From positions 1,344,001 to 1,408,000 of the forward strand of contig CAWFKH010000003.1 of assembly GCA_963816355.1 (NCBI GenBank): 64,000 nucleotides of DNA, read 5' to 3'. Shown piece after piece: positions 40,581 to 50,656 of the stretch. The notes below the pieces were generated by a model. That model was not told where the DNA came from and ran no database searches. It worked only from the letters and a program-made list of their open reading frames with translations. This stretch comes from an uncultured Gemmatimonadales bacterium. Its GTDB lineage: Bacteria > Gemmatimonadota > Gemmatimonadetes > Longimicrobiales > RSA9. Numbering within the stretch: the first letter of the stretch is position 1; every line of letters starts with the position of its first letter. A program made the translations under genes and the position numbers.

Positions 40581-41559
40581 CCGTACGCCACTGTTCGGAG
40601 AAAATGTGGGGCGCCCGAAGCGCTATGGGACCGCCCCCGGGAAGACGAGATCTTCGCAGCATGGACATCTCGCTCAATCCGGTCGCGGCGCCAACCCTCC
40701 TTCAGGAAATCCGCGAGGCCCGATTCTGGGGCGGCGTCCGCTGTCCGCGCTGCGGCGCTTCGCACGTTCACCGCTGGGGAACCTTCGCAGGTCGACAGCG
40801 CTACCGCTGCTGCGAGTGCCGACGGACCTTCAGCGACCTAACCGGCACTCCAGCCGCGTACATCAAGAAGCTCCACCTCTGGAGTCAGCAAGTTGGCTTC
40901 ATGCGACATGGCTGGAGCCTTCGCAAAACGGCCACCCACCTGGGCATCCACGTATCCACGGCGTTCCGGTGGCGCCATCTCATCCTCGGCGACCTGCGCC
41001 CACGCGCCACTTCACGGACGCGCCTCGCCGGTCTGATCGAGCTCGCTGGCGTGCGTCTGGGACGCCGTCACGTCTTCCTCGCCATGGATCGACGCGGGGA
41101 AACGATCTCGGCCGGGCTCGGCGGCCGTGGCCGGATCTCGGCCGGAGAACTCGAGCAGCTCCTGGTAGACCGAGTCGCGTCAGCTCCCATCTTTTGCGCG
41201 AAGCATGGCCGCTTCGGACCCGCCGCGATACTTGCGCGGCGCATGGGCGGCCGCTTCGTATCTGCGTCGGCCGCTGTGGCGCGAGTCGAGCGCTCTGTCG
41301 TTCACTTGCGGGAGGTTTCCGCGTACGGTCGCCGCCTCGTCCGTTGGATCGCCCGGTTCCGCGGCGTCGGCGACAAGTATCTGCCAAACTATCTTGGTTG
41401 GCATGATCGTCTCGACGCTGATCATCGCCGGGGCTTTCGGGCCAGCGCACTCCACTGGCCGATCGCGGACGCCTTCGGCTGACGAGATTCCAGCGCCGAG
41501 CGCAGGCCGACGTATGGGCTCGCTCGTTACCCACACTTCCGGCGAACAGACACGTACGG
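40581..41559 (+). mobile_element. IS1595-family-like element with degenerate terminal inverted repeats
   Basis: 40581-40610 ccgtacgccactgttcggagaaaatgtggg versus reverse complement of 41530-41559 ccgtacgtgtctgttcgccggaagtgtggg (23/30 identical); encloses the transposase-like ORF. Confidence 0.7.
40661..41482 (+). CDS. IS1595-family transposase homolog lacking catalytic residues
   Basis: Zn ribbon CPRC..RYRCCEC, TFSDLTGTP, HTH LRKTATHLGIHVSTAFRWRH, C-terminal RFRGVGDKYLPNYLGW; expected catalytic positions read A, K, S. Confidence 0.82.
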   Translation: MDISLNPVAAPTLLQEIREARFWGGVRCPRCGASHVHRWGTFAGRQRYRCCECRRTFSDLTGTPAAYIKKLHLWSQQVGFMRHGWSLRKTATHLGIHVSTAFRWRHLILGDLRPRATSRTRLAGLIELAGVRLGRRHVFLAMDRRGETISAGLGGRGRISAGELEQLLVDRVASAPIFCAKHGRFGPAAILARRMGGRFVSASAAVARVERSVVHLREVSAYGRRLVRWIARFRGVGDKYLPNYLGWHDRLDADHRRGFRASALHWPIADAFG

Positions 41560-41644
41560 GTGCGGCGGCGAGACCCGCTTGCCGACCACTCCGACACGAT
41601 CCGGCGCCCGTTCGGTTCCGTCGCTCTTGGCCCGGCGCGACCCT

Positions 41645-42988
41645 TCAGATCGGCAAGCGGACCGTCGCCCGACAGCCGCGGGGGGCGCGATTCGCCAGGC
41701 TCACCGTCCCTCCGTGTGCTTCCGCGATCTGCCGACACAGAGCGAGGCCGATGCCGGACCCCTTGGGCTTCGTCGTGAAGAACGGGACGAACAGGTTGGC
41801 CCCGTCGAGGATGCCGGGCCCCTCGTCGTCGACGCGCACCTCAAGGTGCCTGCTGGTGCGCTCCCAGCCGATGCGGACGCAGCCCCCGGTCTCGAGAGAG
41901 GCATCGACGGCGTTCCCGACCAGATTAATGAGGAGCTGGTCGAGTTGGTCGCCATCAGCGGCGATCGTGATCGCGGGTCCGCCGACGACGTGGACCGGCA
42001 GGCGCGTCTCGATCGCGGCGACGCGCCGGACCCAATCCTCGACGCTCACGGCTTGGGGACGTGGCGGTGGTAGCCGGGCGAGGCGGGCGTAAGCGTTCAT
42101 GAAACGGGAAAGCGACTCGGCGCGGCCGCTCACGACATCGAGCCCGCGCCTGAGGTCATCGCCGAGATCCGAAGCGTGGTAGGGCCTCGAGACGGCGTCC
42201 CGCAGGCTGGCGGCGATCGACTTGATCGGCGCCAGCGAGTTGTTGATCTCGTGGCCGAGCACGCGCACGAGGCGCTGCCAGGCCTGGCGCTCCTCTTCGC
42301 GCAGAGCGCGGCTGAGGTCGGTGAGCACCAGGAGGGTGTGAGGTCGGCCGTCCTGGCGGAAGCCGCCGCGTCGGAGCTCCCAGCGTCCGCCGCCGCCAGG
42401 AAAGATGGCGTCGAACGTGCGCGGCCCTTCGTCGCCTTCGAGACACTCGGCGAGACCGAGCTCGAGCGCGTCGCGGCCGACGAGACGGGGAGCGGGAAAG
42501 CCGAGGAGTCGTTCTCCGGCGCGGTTGACCAGGACGAGCCGTCCCTCGGCGTCGAACGCGAACACGGCGACGTCGATCTCCTCCATCACCTTTCGCAGGA
42601 GGGCGGAGGCCTCGAGCGCGTCGAGCCGCTGGCGGCGGAGCGTGTCGGCGAGCGCGTTGGTTTCCTCGAGGGCGAGGCCGAGGCTGTCGTCTGGCGAGGT
42701 GGCGCGGAAACGGAAGGAGTAGTCGCCCTCGCGCAGGGAAGCGAGCAGGTTGGAGAGTGCCTGCAGAGGCCGGACGACGCGTTCACGGAGAGCGAGCGCG
42801 AAGACGAGCCAGGCGACGAACAGCAGGATTGCGAGGGTCCAACGGAGTCGATCGGAGTAGCTGCCGAGCCAGAGCAGGACGATGGCGACGACGGCGCCAG
42901 GCAGCCCGGCGAGCGCGGTCAGCAGGACGATCCTGTGCTCGTAGTAGAGCCGCGGTCGACGAGGCCGATCGTTACGTCGCGATAGCAT
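41645..42988 (-). CDS. Sensor histidine kinase (2 TM, HAMP, PAS-like)
   Basis: LVRVLGHEINNSL, QLLINLVGNA, DEGPGI, FVPFFTTK, GSGIGL. Confidence 0.93.
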   Translation of the reverse strand: MLSRRNDRPRRPRLYYEHRIVLLTALAGLPGAVVAIVLLWLGSYSDRLRWTLAILLFVAWLVFALALRERVVRPLQALSNLLASLREGDYSFRFRATSPDDSLGLALEETNALADTLRRQRLDALEASALLRKVMEEIDVAVFAFDAEGRLVLVNRAGERLLGFPAPRLVGRDALELGLAECLEGDEGPRTFDAIFPGGGGRWELRRGGFRQDGRPHTLLVLTDLSRALREEERQAWQRLVRVLGHEINNSLAPIKSIAASLRDAVSRPYHASDLGDDLRRGLDVVSGRAESLSRFMNAYARLARLPPPRPQAVSVEDWVRRVAAIETRLPVHVVGGPAITIAADGDQLDQLLINLVGNAVDASLETGGCVRIGWERTSRHLEVRVDDEGPGILDGANLFVPFFTTKPKGSGIGLALCRQIAEAHGGTVSLANRAPRGCRATVRLPI

Positions 42989-44339
42989 ACTGCTGGAGCC
43001 GCCGGTAGAGAGCACTGCGGCTGAGGCCGAGCGCGTCGGCGGCGCGGCTTACGTTGCCCTGATGGCGGTCGAGCGCCCGCCGGATCAGGTATTTCTCGAC
43101 CTCCTCGAGGGTCATCTCCTCGAGGCGCGGAGCGCCGTCGGGGCGAGGGCGAAGGGCGAGGTCGTCAGACCGGATCCGTTCGCCCTGGCAGAGCAGGACG
43201 GCGCGTTCGATCACGTGCTCCAGCTCGCGGACGTTGCCGGGCCAGGAATGCGCCACCAGCGCGTCGAGGGCGTCGGCTTGGAAGCCGACGATGCGCTTAC
43301 CGTAGGAGCCCGCCTGCGACTCGAGGAAGTGAGCGGCGAAGAGCGGGATGTCCTCTGTGCGCTCCCGCAACGGGGGGAGCTGGATCTCGACCGTGTTGAG
43401 CCGGTAGAGCAGGTCCTCGCGGAAGCCGCCCGCGGCGACCTCCGCGCGGATGTCGACGTTCGTGGCGGAGAGCACGCGAACATCCGCCTTGCGGCTGCGC
43501 GAGGAGCCGACTCGCTGGAATTCGCCCGACTGCAGGGCGCGCAACAGCTTCGCCTGCTGGGAGGCGGGCATGTTGCCGATCTCGTCCAGGAACAGCGTGC
43601 CCTGATCCGCCAGCTCGAAGTAGCCCACGCGATCGGTCTTGGCGTCAGTGAAGGCGCCCTTCACGTGGCCGAAGAGCTCGCTTTCGAAGACGCCCTCCGA
43701 GAGGCCCCCGGCATTCACGGTGACGAGCGGCTTGCCCGATCGTGGTGATGCGGCATGCAGCCAGCGGGCGACCACCTCCTTGCCGGTCCCGTGCTCGCCC
43801 ATGATCAGCACGTTCGCTTCGGAAGGCCCGACGCGCTCGAGCAGCTTCAGCACCGGCTGCATGGCGCGCGAGCGTGCGATCAACTCCGGCAGCCCCTCGC
43901 GGCGAAGCAGGCGGTTCTCACTCTCGAGACGTTCCGTCCGCCGCAGCGCGCGACCGAGCTCGACCTGGGTACGGAGCGTCTGCAGGAGGCGGTCGTTGTC
44001 CCACGGCTTCTCGACGTAGTCGCGCGCGCCGCGCCGCATGGCCTCGACCGCGCCCTCCACGCTGCCCCACGCCGTCATCACGATCACCGGAAGCGTGCTG
44101 TCGAGCGCATGGAGCTTGGCGAGCAGATCGAGCCCCTCGCGGCCGGACGTCGTATCCCGCGTGTAGTTGAGGTCCATGAGGACCGCATCGAGATCGCTCG
44201 ACTCGACCGCCTGGAGCACGCCTGCGGGTGAGTTCGCCGTCTCGATCTCGTAGCCGGCTCCCTTGAGCAGGATCCGGAGCGCTTCGAGCACGTCGGCCTG
44301 ATCGTCGGCGACGAGGATACGGCCAGCCTCGGGGGTCAT
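42972..44339 (-). CDS. Sigma54-dependent NtrC-family response regulator
   Basis: REC (ILVADD, LMDLN), GEHGTGKE, ESELFGH, GAFTDA, LFLDEI, WPGNVREL, Fis-type HTH. Confidence 0.95.
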   Translation of the reverse strand: MTPEAGRILVADDQADVLEALRILLKGAGYEIETANSPAGVLQAVESSDLDAVLMDLNYTRDTTSGREGLDLLAKLHALDSTLPVIVMTAWGSVEGAVEAMRRGARDYVEKPWDNDRLLQTLRTQVELGRALRRTERLESENRLLRREGLPELIARSRAMQPVLKLLERVGPSEANVLIMGEHGTGKEVVARWLHAASPRSGKPLVTVNAGGLSEGVFESELFGHVKGAFTDAKTDRVGYFELADQGTLFLDEIGNMPASQQAKLLRALQSGEFQRVGSSRSRKADVRVLSATNVDIRAEVAAGGFREDLLYRLNTVEIQLPPLRERTEDIPLFAAHFLESQAGSYGKRIVGFQADALDALVAHSWPGNVRELEHVIERAVLLCQGERIRSDDLALRPRPDGAPRLEEMTLEEVEKYLIRRALDRHQGNVSRAADALGLSRSALYRRLQQYAIAT

Positions 44340-44519
44340 CGCGCCTCTGACATCGAAGTTCGGTGCATCACGTGATCGGCGGGAGGCAGGGATGGGATCG
44401 GCGAGAAATCTAGCGGTCGAGCGATAACCGGTCGAGCGGCGCACGATTCGCCAAGCGGTCGAGGCCCGTGCCGCGATCCAGACGGCGCCCGGCAGGGTGG
44501 CGCGCTCGGCGCGGGCGGG

Positions 44520-44657
44520 GCGCGCGGGGCCCCGCCCCAGCGGTCGGATGCGGCCGCCCCGGTCCGCGGGGCCGCCTCTGCGCGCGGGTGCGGCCCCAGT
44601 CCGCGGGGCCGCCGCCAGTGCGCGGGTGCAGCCGCCTCAGCGCGCGGGGACGGCCGC
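44520..44657. repeat. Degenerate approx. 20-bp tandem repeat abutting the ABC ATPase 3' end
   Basis: Recurrent gcgcggg(g/t)..g(g/c)ccgcc..cag units resembling the gene-terminal tcagcgcgcggggacggccgc. Confidence 0.45.
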
Positions 44658-45338
44658 TCGCTCGAGGATCTGGCGGTCCTCGACGATCCACCCGTCCTTC
44701 AGCTCGACGACGCGATGGCCGTACGCCGCGTTGTCCTCGGAGTGCGTCACCTGAATGATCGTGGTGCCGGCGTCGTTGAGGCGACGGAACAGCTCCATGA
44801 TCTCGCGGCCCTGGCTCGAGTGGAGGTTGCCGGTCGGCTCGTCGGCGAGGATGACGGAGGGTTCGGCGATGATGGCGCGCGCGACACCCACGAGCTGCTG
44901 CTGCCCGCCGGAGAGCTGGCTCGGGAAGAGGTCCTTCTTGGCGACGATGCCGAAACGGTCGAGCGTGTCCGCGACCCGTGCTTGCCGCTCTGAGCGACGC
45001 ACGTTCCGGTAAGAGAGCGGCACCTCCAGGTTCTCGGCGACCGTCAGGTCGTCGAGCAGGTGGTACTGCTGGAAGACGAAGCCGACGTGCTCACGGTTGA
45101 GCGACGCGCGCTGCTTCGGCTTCAACGCGTGCACCGGCTCACCACGCAGCCAGTATTCGCCGCTCCACGTATGGTCCAGCATGCCGAGCACGCTCAGCAG
45201 CGTCGTCTTCCCCGCGCCCGACGGTCCCATGATCGTCACGAACTCGCCCGCGCGGATCTCCAGATTGACGTTGCGCAGCACGTACGTGCGCCCCGCGCGG
45301 GACTCGTAGAAGCGCTCGACGTTCTTCAGCCGAATCAT
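44637..45338 (-). CDS. ABC transporter ATP-binding protein (MacB/LolD-type), copy 2
   Basis: [29 protein letters not shown]. Confidence 0.93.
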   Translation of the reverse strand: MIRLKNVERFYESRAGRTYVLRNVNLEIRAGEFVTIMGPSGAGKTTLLSVLGMLDHTWSGEYWLRGEPVHALKPKQRASLNREHVGFVFQQYHLLDDLTVAENLEVPLSYRNVRRSERQARVADTLDRFGIVAKKDLFPSQLSGGQQQLVGVARAIIAEPSVILADEPTGNLHSSQGREIMELFRRLNDAGTTIIQVTHSEDNAAYGHRVVELKDGWIVEDRQILERAAVPAR

Positions 45339-45383
45339 CCGTTCTCCCGATCTGCGTGCCTGTAGTGCCTGCCCATTCGTTCA

Positions 45384-45468
45384 CGCCGGACCGCGCGCCC
45401 GATTTCGCGCCAGACCGCGCCCGATTCCGTGCCGGACCGCGCGCCCGATTTCGCGCCGGACCGCGCGC
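45384..45468. repeat. Intergenic 22-24-bp tandem repeat, about 3.6 copies
   Basis: cgccggaccgcgcgcccgatttcg and variants at 45384, 45408, 45430, 45454. Confidence 0.88.
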
Positions 45469-45495
45469 TCTTCACGGCGGATCGGCCGCGCGACT

Positions 45496-47964
45496 TCAAT
45501 CGTGGCGGATGGCCTGCGTCGGATCGACGCGCGCCGCGCGGCGGGCGGGCAGAGCCGTCGCGACGAGGGCGACGAGCGCGAGCAACGACACCACCGTGCC
45601 GAAGGCGAGCGGATCCGCGGCGCCGACGCCGTAGAGGAACCGGGAGGCGAGCTGCGCCATGCCGACGGCCAGCGCGAGCCCGATCACGGCGCCGACGCCC
45701 GCGAGGGCCATCCCCTGTCCCAGCACGAGGCGCAGCACGTCACGCGTGCGCGCCCCCAGCGCCATGCGAATGCCGATCTCACGGGTGCGCTGGCTGACCG
45801 CGTACGCCATGACGCCGTAGAGTCCGATCGCGGCGAGCATGAGCGCCAGCGCCGCGAAGAGCCCGATCACCGCGGCCCCGATGCGCTGCGGCAGCAGCGA
45901 CACCGCCAGCCGCTGCTCCATCGGCTCTAGCGACAGGATCGGCAGGTCCGGGTCGAGCGCGTGGATCTCCTCGCGGATGCGCGGGACCAGCGTCGCCACG
46001 CGGCCGGTGGTGCGGACGTGGACCTGGGCTTCCGACGGCATCTGCAGAATCGACAGATAGAAGTAGGGCGTGGGCTCTTCGCCCAGACTCACGTACTTCC
46101 CGTCACGCGCGACCCCCACCACGGTGAGGTTCTCCAGACTCGCCGCGTGGCCGAGACGCTTCCCGATCGGATCCTGCCCCGGCCAGAACCGGCGCGCGAA
46201 CGCCTCGTTCACCACGACCGCGTTGGGCGCTCCCGCACGATCTGCATCCGTCAGCGGCCGCCCGCGCAGGATCGGAACGCGGAGCAGCCGGAAATAGTCC
46301 GGTCCCACCACGTTGAAGTGGAACTCCATGTCCTCGCCCGATGCGGGCTGATACCCCTCCACGGACGTGCCGGTCCGGCTGCCGCCCAGCCCCAGCGGCA
46401 CGCTGGACGCCAGCGCCACGCCGGTGACGCCCGGCAAACCCTCGAGCCTCGATTCGAGCCGGTCGTAGAAGGCCGCCCGGCCGGCGTCCGTGTAGCCCTG
46501 CGTCGCCAGATCCAGCTGGGCGACGACGACGCCGCGCGCATCCAGGCCGGGATCCACCCTCTGCGCCTTCTGCAGGCTGCGCACGAAAAGGCCGGCGCCC
46601 GCGAGCAGTACGAGAGAGACGGCCACCTGCGAGACCACGAGGACGTTGCGGAGCGTCACGCGCCGACGCGATCCGCTCGCGCCACGCGCCTCCTCGCGAA
46701 GCGCGCCGGAGACCTCCGTGCGTCCGGCCCGCAGCGCCGGTGCGAGTCCGAACAGGAGTCCGGTGAAGGCGGTCGCCAGAAGCGTGACCGCGAGGACGCG
46801 CGCGTCCGGCTGCAGGTCGAGGGCGACCGGTATCGGCAGCGATGGCTGGAACCGCTTCAGCAGTCCTGCGCCCGCGAACGCGAGCAGCACGCCGCCGGCA
46901 CCGCCGAGCGCCGCGAGCAGCGTGCTTTCCGTGAGCATCTGGCGCAGCAGTCGGCCGCGGCCGGCGCCGAGCGCGAGGCGGACCGCCACTTCACGGGAGC
47001 GCGCGGCCCCGCGCGCGAGCACCAGGTTGGCGACGTTCGCACAGCAGAGCAGCAGGACCAGGCCCACGACGACCAGGAGCAAACCCATGAAGCCGAGCAC
47101 CGGTCCCCGGATCTGCGGCGGCACGCGCGCCTCGGCCTCCGGCACCAGCGTGATCGCACGGCCATTCTTGCGCACGTCCGACCACGCGTCCGGGAAGCGC
47201 TCCCGCAGGCTTGCGGCGAGCAGCCGGTAGCGGGTCTGCGCCTGCGCCAGGGTGACCCCGGGGCGGAGTCGCCCGAACACCGTGAGACCGCGGTTGCCCC
47301 GATTCTCCAGCCCGCCATCCTCGGGCGTCCTCCCCGCCAGCAGCGGCTCCGCGCCGGTCAGAGCGAACACGTCGACGCGCGGGCCGCGCAGCACGCCGCC
47401 GTACCCCGGCGGCGCCACGCCCACGATCGTCATCGTCGCGCCGCCCAGACGCACTGTCCGCCCCACGACGCCCGGCTCGGCGGCGAAGCGGCTGCGCCAC
47501 AGCGCGTCGCTGATCACCGCCACCGTCGGCCGGGCACCCACCGCGCCCTCGTCCGGCGTGAAGAAGCGGCCTCGCTCCGGCGCCATGCCGAGGACCTTGA
47601 AGTAGTTGGCGCTCACGAGCTCGGCGAGGAGGCGGCTCGTCTCACCGCCGACCACCATGTTGACCGGCGTGAGCCGCGACGCGGCGACGCCGCTCATCAC
47701 GTCGCTCTGCGCCGCGAACTCGCGGTAGTCGGGCAACGAGGATGCGCCGTAGGGCGGTCCGCTGTAGTCGCTCGTGTAGATCCAGGCGAGGCGGTCCGGC
47801 TCGCGGACCTGTGCCGGCGGCCGCAGCAGCAACGCGTTGACCAGGCCGAAGATCGTCGCGTTCGCGCCGATCCCGAGCGCCAGCGTCGCCACCGCCACCA
47901 GAGTGAAGCCAGGGCTGCGGACGAGCAGCCGCACCGCGTAGCGAAGGTCCTGTAGCACACTCAT
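45496..47964 (-). CDS. Duplicated MacB-type ABC permease (ADOP family)
   Basis: [63 protein letters not shown]; 822 aa. Confidence 0.92.
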   Translation of the reverse strand: MSVLQDLRYAVRLLVRSPGFTLVAVATLALGIGANATIFGLVNALLLRPPAQVREPDRLAWIYTSDYSGPPYGASSLPDYREFAAQSDVMSGVAASRLTPVNMVVGGETSRLLAELVSANYFKVLGMAPERGRFFTPDEGAVGARPTVAVISDALWRSRFAAEPGVVGRTVRLGGATMTIVGVAPPGYGGVLRGPRVDVFALTGAEPLLAGRTPEDGGLENRGNRGLTVFGRLRPGVTLAQAQTRYRLLAASLRERFPDAWSDVRKNGRAITLVPEAEARVPPQIRGPVLGFMGLLLVVVGLVLLLCCANVANLVLARGAARSREVAVRLALGAGRGRLLRQMLTESTLLAALGGAGGVLLAFAGAGLLKRFQPSLPIPVALDLQPDARVLAVTLLATAFTGLLFGLAPALRAGRTEVSGALREEARGASGSRRRVTLRNVLVVSQVAVSLVLLAGAGLFVRSLQKAQRVDPGLDARGVVVAQLDLATQGYTDAGRAAFYDRLESRLEGLPGVTGVALASSVPLGLGGSRTGTSVEGYQPASGEDMEFHFNVVGPDYFRLLRVPILRGRPLTDADRAGAPNAVVVNEAFARRFWPGQDPIGKRLGHAASLENLTVVGVARDGKYVSLGEEPTPYFYLSILQMPSEAQVHVRTTGRVATLVPRIREEIHALDPDLPILSLEPMEQRLAVSLLPQRIGAAVIGLFAALALMLAAIGLYGVMAYAVSQRTREIGIRMALGARTRDVLRLVLGQGMALAGVGAVIGLALAVGMAQLASRFLYGVGAADPLAFGTVVSLLALVALVATALPARRAARVDPTQAIRHD

Positions 47965-48122
47965 CTCGTCAGTCGGCCCGGAGGGCTTCGGCGGGATCCA
48001 CGCGCGACGCTCGCCGAGCGGGCAGCCAGCTCGCGAGCAGCGCGACGCCCGCAAGGACGGCGCCCGCGCCCTGACGAGTCCGCCCTGCCGGCGAGTGTAG
48101 CATACGCGGCGGGAACGGTCTC

Positions 48123-48887
48123 TTACGCTTCGGGCCGGATCGGGTGATGCACGTCGAATCCGCTCTCCTCGAGCTCTTCGGTCGCCTCCGGCTGCTGCGC
48201 CTCGTCGCGCACGATCTGGCCGTCGAAGAGGTGGATCGTCCGCTCCGCGTGGCGCGCGTAGCGGGGATCGTGCGTCACCATTACGATCGTCGCCCCGTCG
48301 CGGTGCAGCTCCCGCAGCAGCAGCATGACCGCTTCGCCGTTGCGTGAATCGAGGTTTCCGGTCGGCTCGTCGGCGAGCAGCGTGGAAGGCCGCCCCACGA
48401 TCGCGCGGGCCACCGCCACACGCTGCTGCTGGCCGCCGGAAAGCTGCGACGGATAGTGCTTCGTGCGGTGGGCCATCCCGACGCGCTCGAGCGCCTCCTG
48501 CACGCGCTGCTTGCGCTCCGAGCCGGGCATGCCACGGTACGTCAGCGGCAGCTCCACGTTCTCGTAGACGGTGAGATCGCCGATCAGGTTGAACGCCTGG
48601 AAGATGAAGCCGATCTCGCGGTTGCGGATGCGCGCCCGGTCCGACGCGGAGAGCGCCGCGACCGGCTCGCTGTTCAGCAGGTACTCCCCGTCCGTCGGCG
48701 TGTCGAGCAGCCCCAGGATCGAGAGCAGCGTGGTCTTGCCGCACCCGGACGGTCCCGCGATCGAGACGTAGTCCCCCTTCCGGATGTCGAGGTGGATGTT
48801 CGAGAGCGCGTGCGTCTCCACCTCGTCGGTGTAGAACACTTTCTTCACGCCCTCCAGCTTGATCAACGACTCCCGCACCGCCTCCAT
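48123..48887 (-). CDS. ABC transporter ATP-binding protein (MacB/LolD-type), copy 1
   Basis: [40 protein letters not shown]. Confidence 0.95.
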   Translation of the reverse strand: MEAVRESLIKLEGVKKVFYTDEVETHALSNIHLDIRKGDYVSIAGPSGCGKTTLLSILGLLDTPTDGEYLLNSEPVAALSASDRARIRNREIGFIFQAFNLIGDLTVYENVELPLTYRGMPGSERKQRVQEALERVGMAHRTKHYPSQLSGGQQQRVAVARAIVGRPSTLLADEPTGNLDSRNGEAVMLLLRELHRDGATIVMVTHDPRYARHAERTIHLFDGQIVRDEAQQPEATEELEESGFDVHHPIRPEA

Positions 48888-48915
48888 GGCTTCTCTCCCG
48901 GATGAAGTGCCGCGT

Positions 48916-50160
48916 TCAGCGCAGTCGAACCCGGTCCACGCTGTCCCATGTCTGCATGTCCGACAGGATCACCTGATCGCCCCGCTTCAGACCGCTCACG
49001 ACCTCGATCGTGTTCACCGAGCTGCGCCCCAGGCGCACCGTGACCCGCACCGCCGCATCCCCGCCCTCGACCACTTTGAACAGCCCCACCTGACTCTGCG
49101 GCTGGCCGTACGCCGGCCGCCCCACGTAGAGAACGTCCGAGAGCCGCTCGATCTCGATCGTGCCGTCGACGCTCAGGTCCGGCCGCGCTCCCTGTGGCAG
49201 GTTCCCCTCGAGCCGCACGTCCACCGTAACCGTGCCGCCTTGCGACGCGGGGTCGATACGAGAGACACGCCCCGGCACGATTCCGTTGCGTGTGTCGATC
49301 TTCGCGGGCTGGCCGAGCTGCACGTCCGGCGCCTGCGTCTCCGGGATCCGCAGCACCGCCTTCAACCGGCCCGGCTGCACGATCCGCGTCAGGACCGTCC
49401 CCGGCGTCACGTACTGCCCCACCTGCAGCGTCATGTCCTGAACCACGCCCTCGGTCGGCGCGACCACCTTCATCGACTGCAGCTCACGCTGCCGGAAGCC
49501 GACGATCGAGCGCAGCCGCTCCACCTGCGCGAACTGAACCTTCAACTGCTCGTCCACCTGGTCGGTGACCAGCCGCAGACGGTCCTTCTCCACCTGCAAG
49601 CGCGTGTTCAGCTCCATCACCTTGTCCTGCGCGTCCTTCAGCTCGTTCGCCGCGATCAGGTGGCGGTCGGCCAACTCCGACAATGTCTTCGCGTTCCGCT
49701 CCGCCTGCCGCTGCTCACTCTCCAGCTGCGCGACCACCCCCTCCTGATTCAACCGCTGGCCCTGCAGCGTCGCTTTCAAGCTCACCAGCTCCGACTCCGC
49801 CGCCGTCAGTTGCCGCTGCGCATCCAGCAGCTCCAGCTGCACGTCCGGATTGCTCAGCTCCAGCAGCGCCGTCCCCGCCTTCACGTGCGAGCCCGGCTCC
49901 ACATGAACCGCGTCCACCCGTCCCGCCGTCACCGCCGCCACGTACACGATGTTCTCCGGCACGAGCGTTCCCGGACCGTGGACGTCCCGCACCATCGTCC
50001 CCTGCTTCACCGTGTCGATCAGCACCGTCTCGCGATCCACCGTCGGAGCGGCCGGCTCGAGCTGCGAGATCCCCAGCGTCACCGCCACCACTGCGACGAC
50101 TACACCGCCGATGTAGACGTAGCGGCGCTTCGACGTCTTCTTCTCGCGAGGAATGTCCAA
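48916..50160 (-). CDS. Periplasmic adaptor (HlyD/MacA-like membrane fusion protein)
   Basis: N-terminal TM, lipoyl halves (GRVDAVHVEPG; VVAPTEGVV), coiled hairpin, GLKRGDQVILSD. Confidence 0.92.
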   Translation of the reverse strand: MDIPREKKTSKRRYVYIGGVVVAVVAVTLGISQLEPAAPTVDRETVLIDTVKQGTMVRDVHGPGTLVPENIVYVAAVTAGRVDAVHVEPGSHVKAGTALLELSNPDVQLELLDAQRQLTAAESELVSLKATLQGQRLNQEGVVAQLESEQRQAERNAKTLSELADRHLIAANELKDAQDKVMELNTRLQVEKDRLRLVTDQVDEQLKVQFAQVERLRSIVGFRQRELQSMKVVAPTEGVVQDMTLQVGQYVTPGTVLTRIVQPGRLKAVLRIPETQAPDVQLGQPAKIDTRNGIVPGRVSRIDPASQGGTVTVDVRLEGNLPQGARPDLSVDGTIEIERLSDVLYVGRPAYGQPQSQVGLFKVVEGGDAAVRVTVRLGRSSVNTIEVVSGLKRGDQVILSDMQTWDSVDRVRLR

Positions 50161-50229
50161 GACCGTCGATCTCCTTCGACCGTGTGCGGTGGCCGGAGCG
50201 TTGCTGTCCGGGAATCCGCCCTATCCCAA

Positions 50230-50245
50230 GGTAAGGACCATGCCA
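50230..50245 (-). promoter_or_regulatory. Sigma54-like promoter for the adaptor/ABC operon (non-canonical -12)
   Basis: Minus strand TGGCATGGTCCTTAC: good -24, TTAC in place of TTGC. Confidence 0.45.
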
Positions 50246-50521
50246 CCGCGGCACGAGTTCGTATTCTCTTGTCGAGCAACGATTTATGATGGTGCGCGAG
50301 CGCCCGCCACGCCGCTGATCCGTCCGCTAGCGGGATCGCGCTGTGCCGCATCCGGACAGTCGCGGCGAGCCGCTCGAGCGGGACCCTCCCGCGTCCGCGC
50401 GACGCCCGGTCGGTCGCGGGATCGGCCGTCCCGCGGCCGGACAGCGAGAGGGGGCGCGAAGGGACGTCGGACCATGGCGCAAGTGCCCGTGTTGCATAAC
50501 GATAACACGATTCCGCCGCGA

Positions 50522-50537
50522 TGGCACGTGGCTTCCT
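50522..50537 (+). promoter_or_regulatory. Sigma54-like promoter for tolC-like gene (non-canonical -12)
   Basis: TGGCACGTGGCTTCCT: perfect TGGCACG, TTCC in place of TTGC. Confidence 0.45.
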
Positions 50538-50656
50538 CTTGTCATGCGATGCAGGACACGCGCGCGCGACGGTGCCGGCGCGCGGCGTTCGCGGCCCTGC
50601 GGGGCGGGGCGCCGAGGATCCGAACCAAGTTCTACCATCTCCCGGAGAGACTGGTG

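Noticed and set aside
48071..48120. CTGACGAG as a hammerhead ribozyme core
   Set aside because: No matching GAAA or supporting stems; a possible minus-strand extended -10 (TGCTACACT) nearby is also only weakly supported.
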